Under the pieces are notes generated by a model that was not told the DNA's origin, made no database searches, and worked only from the letters and a program-made list of their open reading frames with translations. A stretch of DNA of 57,237 bases, counting the filler, from Sphacelaria rigidula (taxonomy: Eukaryota), in NCBI GenBank assembly GCA_964200075.2. It is 6 parts of 6 records of this genome, joined end to end, with 100 filler letters (N's around TTAATTAATTAA, not from the genome) between each part and the next. Parts side by side here need not be neighbours in the genome. Positions count along the whole stretch, not along the records: positions 1 to 9,457 come from CAXNAA020008453.1; positions 9,558 to 19,014 come from CAXNAA020008454.1; 4 more parts are not named here. One strand, given 5' to 3'. Positions within the stretch are counted from its first letter, which is position 1, and each line of letters begins with the position of its first letter. A program made the position numbers and the translations under genes. Below are positions 1-11,745 of this stretch, piece after piece.

Positions 1-64
1 CACTGATTGACCGCTTTTCACTCTCAATCGTATCATCTACTCTCAATCTCACAAAAACACTGTT
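1..64 (+). mobile_element. Right end of ~300-bp AAC...GTT MITE (family A), cut by contig start
   Basis: Ends ...ctactctcaatctcacaaaaacactgtt, matching the right end of the complete copy at 55687-55986. Confidence 0.8.
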
Positions 65-744
65 CATAGTGGCGAGGCGTACCGGTCTTGAAATCCGGGG
101 GACCAAATTCGGGATTCACTCACAAAATAAATACGGAGACGACGAACCACTTGGACTCTGTAACGTCACCATATTTGTATTCCAACGAAGACACAAGACA
201 ATGAATGACGACGGCACTTGAGTGTACGAGGTACAAAACACAAACACAACAACTAAACACCAAAAATCATCAGTGGGAAGACTGAACAAGAGGGGAAAAG
301 AATGAATGAATACAATCAGGTGATACTCCATGTGACCCACATGAAAAGTGTGACAGACAAGAAATAAAAATACAACAATTGAAAAATATATATATCGAGG
401 ACGAAGACTTGGTAGCGAAATTGATCGGCTATTTATGACTGTTGTATCACCCCCCCCGGCCAAACCCCCAGGAAAGAGGCACATGACTGTCGAAGCACGA
501 CGGTGGGCGTGGACGGTTGGCTTGACAAAACATACGGTATACATGAAGACAGATGTACACCCAAGTCCTAACTGAGGGTGCGGTATATCACCCTAGTTGA
601 CACACACAAGACAAAAATAAAATCAAGTTCAACGTGGTTCGCAACGGCGAAGACTACAAATCTTGCCAAAGACATACAAAAGTATACTGACAACAACTGG
701 TAGCAGTCACGGCGCTGCTACTTCTTTACTGTACAGGGAGCATC

Positions 745-1445
745 AGACGCTGATGAGTCCGCCGACAAGGTGACTGCCCGGTACGACTCTATCATTTCCC
801 GGCACCGAGGAACTTCTCAATGATGCTTCCAAACCCCCATCGCTGGTGGATGACCTTTCAACAAAAGGTGGTACTGAAAATTTGTCGACGACGCGCTGCC
901 GACTCCGCGCTTGTGACCGTCGATGCCTTCGACCGTGTAGGGACCCAGCTTGACAGCATTGAGGGAACCCTCGAGATCGGGGACTGATAATTTTGTACCT
1001 GAAACAAGTCATCGAGAGCTGAGAGATCGGGGACGGACGAATCGTTGGAAACCCGTTGTGATTTCACGCGTAAGTTTGTGTCCTACCGTCGACGCCAAAT
1101 ATATATAAGACACAGTCGGACAGTGAGAGTGGCTTATTCTACCCGGACGGTGTGTGTGTGTAGGTTGTAGCTTCTCACTAGGTGGAAAGGGTACGACGGA
1201 GTGTGCGGAGCCGCGACGTGGACTTGAACAGGACGGACTTGGCAAGTCAGGGTTTGGGTTGAGACACAGAATAACGGAGTAGGGAATGCGTCCACGGGGA
1301 AGTATCCCGACACGGGAGAATGACGATCCCAGACTGGGGATTGGATAATGACATTCCCAGGGTGACAGGCCCGGGAAGACGGTCCGGGTTGACTAGCGCG
1401 AGGTTGATAGTAAGCGGGTCGGGTCACACAGAGGTCATCATAACA
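745..1445 (-). mobile_element. LTR retrotransposon 5' remnant: LTR (~1100-1445), tRNA-Ser-type primer binding site (1081-1097), decayed internal leader
   Basis: Minus strand starts TGTTATGA. About 345 nt later comes TGGCGTCGACGGTAGGA, complementary to a tRNA-Ser-like 3' end (...GTCGACGCCA). It shares the GTCATTATCCA motif with the solo LTR at 31078-31345. Confidence 0.5.
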
Positions 1446-1739
1446 CATATCATATATACACATATATATATATATATATATATCGGTTTCCTACGCTCCA
1501 ATACCGATATGTCGTATCGCCGATATTTATCGAAATCGCACCGATAGCCGATGTGCAACCCTGCTCCCAGCACATTTGACGTCTAGCTCTTCCAGGCCGG
1601 CAAAACACTTGACAACGTCTGGGGATGGTGCTCTCAACTGGCAGATGCTCTGCCAATGTCTGGGCAGCTTACTCTGCAGACTCAGATGATGCGCACAGTA
1701 CATGGGGGGAGGGGGGGGTTCTGTGTGTGTGTGTGTGTG

Positions 1740-2050
1740 TGTATTTTCATCTCAAATATTCTAGACGCTTACGCCTTTCGGGGTATGTGGGCGCACCAGC
1801 CAGGGTCACCGAAGTCATATATATATATATATATTCACCTCCCTTCTGCCATACCTGCCTTCATTTTTCATCGCGAGAAGGGTTTGGCCGTCCCTTGCTC
1901 TCGTCGATAGCAAAATCGAAAGTCGTTTGCTCACGAAATGATCCTTTCAACTGTTAAGCATGTTGAGAGAAAAAAACAACATAGTGGAGGTTTATGATAA
2001 GCGGCTCGAACCGATCGTCAACTCCCGAAGCGTGGCATATGGCATATACC
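1740..2050 (-). mobile_element. tRNA-derived SINE (diverged copy)
   Basis: The reverse complement has a B-box (GGTTCGAGCC) and a body (tcgacgagagcaagggacggccaaacccttctcgcgat...gcgcccacatac) aligning with the SINE at 39944-40240. Confidence 0.6.
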
Positions 2051-2386
2051 CCTCCCCTCCCCCCACGCGCGCGCGCTCGCTTGATTGTCGGCCAAGTGCA
2101 GCCTGGATCAGCTGCGCACATGCTCCCCTACCCACAGACCCTCTGGTGGTAGTTTCGCCCCTCTCCGTGCACAAGCATTGCTTTCGAAGTTGGGACGACT
2201 AGTTGCCGACAAATTGAGCTTCCCTCGAACAGGTTGGAGCACGTTCTACGCATGATTCTTCCAAGACTCATGCTCTCGTATATCCCTTCAATCATCAATC
2301 GCTGCAGAGATCAAGTGTCTACAATCTATGACATCAATCATGCTTCTGTCGATGTTCCGCTGCTACGGTGCTATACTTCGAAAACC

Positions 2387-2476
2387 TCAAGAGATATTTC
2401 CTGGCAAGGGGGAGGTGACGGGGCCCTTGGAGGTCATGAAGATTGCAGGCAGTTTCTCGCCGGTGAAGGCAGCCAC
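2387..2476 (-). CDS. tRNA-binding protein, last exon (VAAFTGEKLPAIFMTSKGPVTSPLPGNIS*)
   Basis: Acceptor gtgcag|GTG at 2476; TGA at 2389-2387; typical EMAP II-like C-terminus. Confidence 0.85.
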   Translation of the reverse strand: MAAFTGEKLPAIFMTSKGPVTSPLPGNIS

Positions 2477-5400
2477 CTGCACCCGCGCCATAAATTGGTG
2501 GAATCCAAAACAGCAGCAGAAGGGTATGAATCATATCAAAACCGTCTTTTTTGCGGTTTATCACTGTTAATCGTGTACATACAACGTGTATGATTGGCGA
2601 CGGTGGAGCAAATCAAGCCGAATACATGTCAAGCTCTCTTGGACATGCGCCAAGCCTCGAACACGATGTAGCACCTAGTTATTGAGTTTGACATATATTG
2701 GCTGACATGCAATCCCAAATGGATCTTAGGTAATCAGCTACCCTTCACGGAGTCATCCCTATTCTTGACAACCAAAGACTTTTCAAAGTACAACGGGCAA
2801 GACCAGAAAGGTGGCACAGAAATACGTGATGAACGCTATCATCCTGGTGGATTTCTTTTTCAGTTTACGTTGAATAACCGACGACTGAGAAACAACGACA
2901 TTGCAAAAAATGAGATACGAACCGCGATTGCGCTCCAAGAGCTGGGCCTTGCCGCAACACGTACTCCGCGTGCGGTCTGTATCCGCGGCTGAACAACTCT
3001 AGAGCACGTCAAGCCATCCAATTTCCTTCTGCACGACAGATCTTGAATACGTCGGCGCGTCCAAGAGCAAAGCTGATACAACTCGACTCACATTATCGTC
3101 GTTAACCACGAGAGTTTTAGAGGCCTTCTTCCAAGCCTTGCCAGCCCGATTTCCAGCTTCCACCGGCGATCGCGCGTGCCCCTCGAAAGTCACCAGCTCC
3201 CCGGCCGGTACACCTGCCGGTGGGCACAGGGGTGCCACCTTCGTGTGGTCCTCGTTGCAAGAGCAGAGGACCATACCCGCCGACGTGACACCCTGTAAGA
3301 TGAAGGAGGGTCAATGAGGAGCGCGCAGCAGTGCACATGGTGGGAACAAAATTACACCCAAAGCTGTAAACGGCGTGACAGGTATGCCCAGAGCACGAGC
3401 CATTCACGCTGCCTGCGTCGCGCTGTCGTCGTAAAATAGAGGTATCACTTGGGGGTGGACATCGGACAAAGGGACTTAGAAAGAAATGGCTCCACAGAAC
3501 TCGACGGGCTCACTGCTCACCCTGCCCCAAACCTCCTCCCCTACCCACCCACCAGGTGAGACGCCCTGATGAGACGCTCTTGCGTCAGGGTGCAACCCGT
3601 GGCTATCCCTGGAAGTAGCAAGACCAGAAAAGGAAGCAACTCATTCGAGGCTGCCATCTATTTGCAAGATAATCCGTACGCTTCGGGTCGAACAAGCCTT
3701 GAAGGATGCAAATCACCCTTCATACGATTCACCGAACACATCACATCACATCACAGTGCTTCGCTCCCGGTGATGACGAGTTTTTTTTTCCTCAATACGT
3801 TGAGCTCCATTTCCTGGGGACGAGTGCGTGGTCTCAAGAGGTTGACCCACCTCTGGCAGGTACACACGCCTTGCATTTTAGTCTCGGTTTAGTGAGTCAG
3901 CTCTCCCGCACTGCGCCAACCCTCGTAGAACGAACTCAACCAATTCCTTTTTTGTTTACTCACGTTCTCACGCTTTCGAGGGCGGAAATCAGATACTTCG
4001 AATAACAAAACCCAACGCATCGGGAATTGACCCCACGTTCTCTCCACCCTAATGGTGACAAGTCGGACCATTAGACGACCGGGGCGCGGCGTCTGACGTT
4101 GGTCCAGAGAACCCGACGTGTTCCATCCCCGCTTCGTAGGGATGAGGAGCCAACTGGTCTTATGACCACAGCATGCAAGAACATGGGTACACGCCTTCCA
4201 TCCCCTCTGAAGCAACTCATCCGAGGCTGTCATCCGCACGCAAGACGACTAGTATGCTTCGGTCTGGACAATCTTGGGAGGACGCAGATCGTGCTTCATG
4301 CAATTCGCCGAACGCATGACGTCGCTTCGGGCTTGGTGATTGCAAGCCTGGTTCGGCGAAAACCCGGCGTGCTCCGTCCCGCCATGTAGGGATGCGAGGT
4401 CAAGGGTCTCATGACTGCGGCATGCAAGATTATGAGCACTACCCCCAGTCCTGAGTAGAGCCCACATAGTGGTAGATTGTGAACTCTACCAGGACGAACG
4501 CTCCCGACCAGGACGTGGGAAGTTTCACGAAGGTAGCGGTATTCCCTATAAGCGCTAACAACCAGCCTTCAGAACAGGTTCAACGTTTGTGGGGAAAAAC
4601 TCCGGGCTTTCTGGAAGGGTTGTATCCCAGTTTCTTACCTTCATGTTGACTGGCTTGAGATTGCACAGCACAACCACGTCCTTCCCTAGCAGCTCGGATG
4701 CCTCACAGAACTCCACCAGGCCCGAGACGATCGTTCGAGGCCCCTCCTCCTCCCCACCGCCGACGTCAATCTTTTCGACGTACAGGCTATCCGCCTCGGG
4801 ATGTCGAGATATCTGGAGCAGTGAAGACAAGTTTAAACGAGCTGCTCCGTAACCACGACGGGAAAGGAGAAAACTGCGTACGTCGAACAGCTCATGGGCC
4901 GCCTAAAATAATATTCGAAGAGATACCTCACATCCGCTGTACAAAAACACAAAATACATGCCAGCAGTGTCCGGGGAGCCAAAGCGCTTCCTTCGCGCTA
5001 TTCCGCGTGGTCGACGTCTAGCGCCGTCGGGAGCTGATACGGAAAAAGTGGCCGAATGAGCTAGCTCATGATCCGAATCAGTACTCCAATAAGAAATAAA
5101 ACTCGGGTAGATCATGAGTTGTCCGACGTGTGGAAAGTTGTAATCGCTTACGTTTTTGAGGAAGCGACCAATGTCATAATTTGTATGCAATGTTTCCCGT
5201 CTACTTTTTCCATGTGATCAACACCAAAGAGTCATTATCTTGCGCTCTCAAAGATCTCACGGGAATGGTGTTTAAAACGAAAACGTCAAAATAATGTGTC
5301 TTGAGTTCGTCTTTTTCCTCAGTATACCCTTGCACGAGTCGGACAAAATACAACCATGATTCGTGCGTATTCGACCTTTTCACGAATCAAACGTGCGACC

Positions 5401-8072
5401 CGTACGAGAACTGCGATTCGTACATGTTTCGAACTCGTCATTCCTGCGGCACTAGGTGGAGCGAGCATAAATACCGCTCGTCACTCATGCAGTACACCCT
5501 CGAAGGCACATGTTTCCCACCTGTCATTTACACGCCATGAATCATTCGTACGTGTTTTGCACTATTTATTCATGCAGCATGAATCAATTTACATACCCCC
5601 CACCTGTAAGTCGCACGACATGAGTCACGGGTACATATCTTCACCTGTTACTCGTACGCACGAATCGAGCGGATTTTCTGTCTAACCCATCATTCGTGCG
5701 ACATGAATGCAATTCGAACTATCTCAGCCACCATTTCATGCGCCAGGACCCTTTACTTTCATGCATCTTCGATAACTGCCGTTCATCACGCACGAATCTT
5801 TGATTCATTTCCCGCACCCTCAATTCGTGCGGGACGACTCTCGCACATTGTGGCAAACCTAACTTGTGATTGATGATGCACATATGCCATGTGCCATATA
5901 TTTACTTTTACTTATCTGCAGGAGACGGGCATGTCCGACCATGCGGTACGAATGGTCATGTTTAACCCTTGGATCGCTAGGGTAGGTGCTCTGTCGAATC
6001 TGTATAATTAACACTTGAAAAATGAAGTAAATGGTGCCGACTCAGCAGATCGCTTATCCTGGAAGTGAAGGGCGTCAACCCTCTGACCGCCAGGGTGGAC
6101 GACTGGGTGTCACATACACTATTCAAGTGAAAAAGGATGCCGATTCAATAGATGAACCAACCTGGCCACCAAAGGATCAAGGCGCAGGAGGCATAGAACG
6201 TCAATCGCGCGTAAAAAAGAGTAAGCTTTGCACGATGCGAATCGTACGATTCCTACGTGGGAGAACGGGGGCTCGTTCTCGCTTTTCATCAGCGAGTCAT
6301 ATGGCCTGCATCATACATACCATTTTTCTCACCTGCGATTCATGTGGCATGACTCAGGTGTACACTTTTCTCACAAACCATTCATAAGGTATCGATCAGG
6401 CGTACATGTATCCCCACTGTCATTTGTACAGCATGAGGCACGCGTACATGTTTACCACCTGCTACGTATTCGTACAGCAAGAGTCAAACACACATTTTCA
6501 AATCCTGCAATTCATACGGCATAAGCCAAATGCACGTATTTCTCATCTGCCATTCATACCGCATGAATCATGCGTCCATATTTCCCATTCGCGATTCACG
6601 CGGGATGAATTAAATTGACACTTTCTCCGCCAGTGACTCGTACAAGAACTTCGATTCGTACTTCTTTTGTATCATTCATTCGTTTGGCAATATTTGGAGC
6701 GTACACCCCGTTCGCCATCGCGCGATCCTACGTGAAACATTTTTTTTTCATCATCGGTGATCCGTACATGATGAGTCTTCGACACATGAGTCGCATTCGG
6801 AAGTCGTGCGGAGCCAACTTGCACGAATTTTAATTCGTCCGACGTGTGAGCCTTTTTGGGACCGATAGACGCTGAACCCATGTGCGCACGGGGTAGATTT
6901 TCCAATGCATCCTGGTTATGACAGGCGGTAGCTTTGACAGCGTCGCTTGTCGTCGCGTCCTCAAAAATTCTCCATCTGAACACCGGCCCTCACGAATATC
7001 GACACGGGGCACGACAGTATATAAATATATAGACATTCACTCCTTCTTAATCAAGGATTGTTTGCTTGGTGGATTCCAGGCTGAGTTCTATACTAAACCT
7101 CAGTAAAAAGGGTGAAAAAGCACCCTCTTGTGGCAAATGATAACTCTGAATCCCACGTGCGCACAGGGATGACAATCGATTCGGAGTTATTTTCCAGAGG
7201 ACACAGCCGGATCTCTGCCGTTTGTTTGTTCTACCTAACAGCGTTTTTAAATCCTAATGAGCTGTTCGTTCTGTTTTGATGTCCGATTTCCAAAGATTTG
7301 TACAAACCTTCAAGCACGGGCTTCAACGCAACCTTGTCTAATTGAATACTTGATTGTACTGTACGCTCTAATCTGTGCTCCGCAACCCTCCAGCAGTGGC
7401 GATATCATTGATAAAAAATGTTTTACCACCTCTATTGCCCCTGAGTGTATTGACAAGTCGAGCCTGCGAAGAAAAATAACGCACTCAGGAGTGCCTATCC
7501 TATGATGTAGTGCGGTCTCCAGATCACGGAGTCGCAAATTGCTTCCACGACCTTGCCTTCTGTAGGGGGCCTCCTTACCCGCAACCCTGGCAGGGGCATA
7601 CCATTTTCTTTTTCGGAACAGGTACGAGTTTTCAGCCTCGAGTGTCCTCTTTTTCTCTTCCAGCTCACGCTGCCTGTTTTTCTGCTTCATTTTTCGTTCT
7701 AGCATGTTTGCGAGAGTCTCCTTTAACGAGTGTTTCCATTCACTTGCCTTGGATACGTTTAATGTGTGACCATGGTTGGATTTTTACCGGATCAGTCAAG
7801 GTACAACAATAATCCGACCAATCGCCCGGGAGGTTGAATAGCAAAAACACGGCGTAGTGCGGATGGCATCTGGTACACAAGGATTAGAACTGCCAGGGAA
7901 ACCGCAAGGTGTTGTCCATCCGCACGGATATCTGTGCTGTCACCTCCAAGATCTTCCCCACGCGGATCTCAAGCCTTGCCAGCTCCGTTAGTTCGCCCGC
8001 CGGCACCTCCTTCTCCACCTCGGCCCCGGCCTCCGTCGCCACTGGAGTTGTAGTATCCGACATCATTCTTGC
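2387..8072 (-). CDS. tRNA-binding OB-fold protein (EMAP II/Arc1p/MetRS C-domain-like); join of 7944-8072, 4639-4812, 3092-3292, 2387-2476; 5' exon(s) unresolved
   Basis: The spliced product reads ...LEIRVGKILE|ISRHPEADSLYVEKIDVG...PRTIVSGL...VVVLCNLKPVNMK|GVTSAGMVLC...PPAGVPAGELVTFEG...LVVNDDN|VAAFTG...FMTSKGPVTSPLPGNIS*. All three introns are GT-AG and phase 0. Confidence 0.9.
3092..3292 (-). CDS. tRNA-binding protein, internal exon (GVTSAGMVLC...VVNDDN)
   Basis: Acceptor ttacag|, donor |gtgagt, 201 bp, contains the GxxSxGMVL motif. Confidence 0.9.
3600..4447 (+). mobile_element. Cluster of intronic LINE 3'-end fragments (family B; about 3600-3780, 4100-4200, 4210-4447)
   Basis: Mutually similar, and similar to 9260-9457 and 28671-28752 (aagcaactcat...gaaaacccggcgtgctccgtc...gggatgcgaggtcaa...atgagcac). 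Confidence 0.6.
4639..4812 (-). CDS. tRNA-binding protein, internal exon (ISRHPEADSLY...NLKPVNMK)
   Basis: Acceptor ctccag|, donor |gtaaga, 174 bp; HPxADxLY, RTIVSGL and NLKP motifs. Confidence 0.92.
5385..5860. repeat. Degenerate ~42-bp tandem array with palindromic core, block 1
   Basis: Units such as acctgtcatttacacgccatgaatcattcgtacgtgttttgc start at 5519, 5561, 5602, 5643 and 5685. Confidence 0.75.
6290..6800. repeat. Degenerate ~42-bp tandem array, block 2
   Basis: Units such as acctgcgattcatgtggcatgactcaggtgtacacttttctc (6331-6372) and atctgccattcataccgcatgaatcatgcgtccatatttccc. Confidence 0.75.
7944..8072 (-). CDS. tRNA-binding protein, exon with start of OB domain (ARMMSD...LEIRVGKILE)
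   Basis: LEIRVGKI motif and donor |gtgaca. There is an in-frame acceptor cctcag| at 8072; translation could instead start at ATG 8066. Confidence 0.8.
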
Positions 8073-8161
8073 CTGAGGGGTTCACCGAAGACATTTCACT
8101 CATGATCAGTCAAACATGCTTCATGCAGCGCCCTCCCCTCGTTCTTTCCCCCCTGACTTCA

Positions 8162-8222
8162 TCTCGAAAGGGATGCGTGGTCAATGGTCAGACGACTAAG
8201 GCAAGCAACACATGAGAACGCC
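8162..8222 (+). mobile_element. 5'-truncated LINE 3' end (family A) in a poly-C target
   Basis: tctcgaaagggatgcgtggtcaatggtc...atgagaacg, flanked by TSD CCCCCCTGACTTCA at 8148-8161 and 8223-8236. Confidence 0.8.
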
Positions 8223-9259
8223 CCCCCCTGACTTCAGACCCAGCTTGCGGGAGAACACCAGGCGTACCATGAAAGAGACGCACTGTGCGCATAAGGCAGC
8301 AGCAGGTATCCGTAGTCCGGTCTGATGATAAGTTGCCACTGCTCGTTGTACTGTCATGGCCGCGTGTACACACTTCGTCCGCATGGGCAAACGTCGAGAA
8401 CTAAGGTCGTTGGGAGACATTGTAGTGACGCTTCGTAACAGAAAACCATTGACCGTGTTTGCTCTTCAACGTTGGGAGCACTGGAACAATTCACCGGGAG
8501 TGGTGGAGGGCGGCGGCACGGGCATGCTACCTTCTCAACTCGTAAATGGTACCACGAACATCGAACGATATATAGGGGTATGGTTCCTACACCAACTACA
8601 TCCACGATAATATTGAATACTGTATGGAATCGCACGCGGTATGGACGTTTCGCGTCAATACTATACCCGGAATGTACCCTCACCGTTGATACCCTGGCCA
8701 TCGCCAACCGTCGCTGAGCCGCAACGCTAGATGTCGATAACGTGTGCTGGTGGCGGTAAATAGATCGCAGCGCGGCGCTCCCGCGGGCTCCCCGCACGAC
8801 ATGTCCTGGGGCCGGATACATTTGCGGCGGTCAAACAGCGAGGGCGCATTGCTGAATCCCTGCATGTTGACCTTCTAGGCGCCCACGCACCAGCAGGCGG
8901 TTATTTTTCTGTACTATTTTTGCCGGGGATTTGGAATATTTGTTCTTGGTGAAGATACATCGCCTACGTGGAGAAGGCCGCTGCCACTCATATGCTGCGC
9001 GACAGACATTGAATCAAAAGCCACGGCAGTGGCATTGCTCTCAGGATAAGGACAAATGAACCAGAGCACAGTAGTCGCGATCGCACCAACAGTATAATAG
9101 TACATGCACGTGGTCAACACGGAGCTATTGTGCAATAGGAGAATAGCGTGGAGCACCGTGGTTCTTGGTTGGATGGTGTTTGGATTTTGAGCTTATAGTT
9201 TGCGAAATTCTCCCCCCGAAAGCCCCAAGCAGTGTACACGCCGTGGCTGTCTCAAGAAG

Positions 9260-9457
9260 TGGCAATACCAGACAAAAAAGCAACTCATTGTAGGCTGTCA
9301 TCCAAACGCAATATAATCAGCAAGCTTCGCGCCGACCTATCTTAGTAGGATGCAGCTCACTCTTCATGCGACTCGCCCAACACACCACGGCGCTTCGCGC
9401 TTGGTGGTTTGAGTGCCAGCATGGTCCAGCGAAAACCCGGCGTGCTCCGTCTCGGCT
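9260..9457 (+). mobile_element. LINE 3'-end fragment (family B), cut by contig end
   Basis: Aligns with 4210-4380 and 3610-3780. Confidence 0.6.
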
Positions 9458-9557
9458 NNNNNNNNNNNNNNNNNNNNNNNNNNNNNNNNNNNNNNNNNNN
9501 NTTAATTAATTAANNNNNNNNNNNNNNNNNNNNNNNNNNNNNNNNNNNNNNNNNNNN
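9458..9557. other. Assembly linker N44-TTAATTAATTAA-N44 (also 19015-19114, 28571-28670, 38127-38226, 47683-47782)
   Basis: Identical 100-bp spacers containing a six-frame stop sequence, separating contigs of 9457, 9457, 9456, 9456, 9456 and 9455 bp. Confidence 0.97.
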
Positions 9558-11059
9558 ACCACGGACTCATCCCGAGGAAGGGGAGGGGTTAAAAGTGTGA
9601 GGAAAAAAAAAAAAGTATAACCGCTTGGTGAAGACAACGAAAATTGACACTGCCGATATGAACCTCACGGACAGATAACGCCTCTAGTCATGGAACAACC
9701 GCACATCTGGTGTGCACAAACTTGTGCTGGCGTCTGCAGAGCCCAGGAAAAGTGCCACGGGCTGTATCTCCTTCGCCCCTCTCCAGCTTTCAAACTCGCT
9801 GTGGGTAACTCAGAGAGCGGCCCTCGCTCGCACTACAACCCTCAACGAGAAGGCCCGGCCAAACCAATGTCAAGTGTATGTATCCTATGTCACTGTGCGC
9901 GCCTGAAACAAATCTCCGCTGTTTTTCGTGTTGTTCGGACTGCTCGTGAGTTGATTGTGCTCCCCTGCTCGCGCTTGCAGAGAGCGGTGAAAGCATCGTA
10001 CTGTGCTACGGTACAGTGCACTACACGGTTCTTGTTATGACGGCACCGCTACCGCTGTTTTTTGTGGCAACAAACGTTACGGTTTGTGGACGGAAAACTC
10101 AGATCGTGGAGGTGTTTTGTAAACGACTCCGACGAAAAACCACTGGCATCCTTCCTGTGAGCGCAAAATACACTACTTCGAAGTATTTCACTTTTGACAA
10201 TGGACTAGAAAAGGTACAGCTTCGAATCTTCGGTCTCCCAGAAGTCATGTTTCACGAGCGATCATTGGCTGCTCGTACAATAAGCCGCAAACAGCTCATG
10301 TTTTGCTCGGACTCCTCGACGCACATACAACTGTGGGTATGCTATCGATCTGTACCATCACAAAATCCGGAAAGCACACAGCTTCACACGGCCATACGCG
10401 AAAGGGAAATCGTCCATCGCATGCCGCCGTACTGCAGTTAGACCAGATTCCCACCAGGTGCACTTGGTGTGGTCTTGCCAATTCTTCAGTACCTTTGTGG
10501 ATTGACGTTTTGCCTTTCCAAGTACCTCATGTGGTCAAAGCGCGCGGCTGGCGTACCCAAAGCACAGCAAAACTGACCATGGCAACCGCGACATCGATTC
10601 TTTGTTCGCGCATCTGCCGTCCACAAAGCAATACAGACTGGTCCACAGTTATCACCAAGAAAATCATCTGCAAAACTTCACGCCGTTCTTAGGGGTTTAG
10701 ACCCTGAAATTTTGCAAAAATGTGCGATGTCTCCTTACAGACTTTTGATGGACGAGTTTTTTTTCCAACGGCTTCCCGGGGGTTCCAGGATTCTCGGGGA
10801 TGTTATCTCGGGGACCTTGGAGTCCCTGGGACCTCCGAAAACCGGTGCAAAAATCATAACCAAGAGAGAAAATTTCGTCCATCGAAAGTTCTGCAATGAT
10901 CCGTGGTACGTGTGTGCAAAATTCCATGGTCTGACTCCTAAAAACGGCGTGAAGTTTTGCGTTTTTTTGTTCGACGAAGTGAGCTTGAAACGTGCAAACT
11001 CTTGACCACCTGATTTTGGTATAAAAATTGTCTTTTTCGGGTATACTGAGAAAATTTGT

Positions 11060-11745
11060 ATGAGGTTTTCGAGCTTCGCAATATAAAATTGCACGCATGT
11101 ACCTTGGACTACCCAGGACACACTAACCTGGGATTATTTATTTTGTGGCATTGTGTACCGCTTTCCGGGGGTCTCCGCTGTGGGATCCTCGGAACCTGGT
11201 AAAGATCGGAGTATTTTTGAAATGCTGTCATCATTACATTTTCCCATTTGGAGCACCACTACGTATGGAACGGCCGAATTTGAGGGTGATCTGAGCTTTT
11301 CTGCGACATGTTAAAGGGAAACCTTCCTTGTTTTTTCGCGCGAATCATCAGTGGAATAATGTGACGACGCCAACACCCCACATCACCGCAATACCACGAT
11401 TTGAGGTATAAGTCGATCTCACAGTAACAGTTTCCATTTTTTCTTAGATTCCCGAGCTGATGGCGATCATTACGGTTTTTCGTATGTGGAGATTGGGCAG
11501 AAATTGGGTTGAGAAATCGAGTTTCAATTTCAGAACAATTCGAAGGGCGCTGATTGGTCATGTACATTTTTGCCCTCAGCGCCACCGCTATGGCCTTGAA
11601 CAAAAATTCGGCTCTGTCACCCTCTTCGTCTGTTCATTGCGGTCGGTATGATGCCGTGTGTGTGACTACTGGGTAGGTATGCGGAAGGCCTTTGCTTATG
11701 ATACAATTTTGGGTGATGAGCATGAACCAGCCTGTACAACACAAC
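11060..11745 (+). repeat. Interspersed repeat unit homologous to 19370-20510
   Basis: Shared blocks include ccttggactacc, tttgagggtgatctgagcttttct, ttagattcccgagctgatggcg, gggcgctgattggtc and ttttgggtgatgagc. Confidence 0.75.

Noticed and set aside
159..475. Second LTR (minus-strand G-run then TGATAC...GTTACA)
   Set aside because: It does not match the 1100-1445 LTR and has no TSD or partner.
3555..3600. Hammerhead ribozyme at CTGATGAG (similar cores at about 751 and 15484)
   Set aside because: No correctly placed GAAA or stem III in any of them.
5385..6800. CRISPR array
   Set aside because: Units are adjacent and diverged throughout, with no constant repeat plus unique spacer and no cas-like ORF.
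9502..9513. Conserved TTAATTAATTAA motif
   Set aside because: Synthetic six-frame-stop linker inside N runs.
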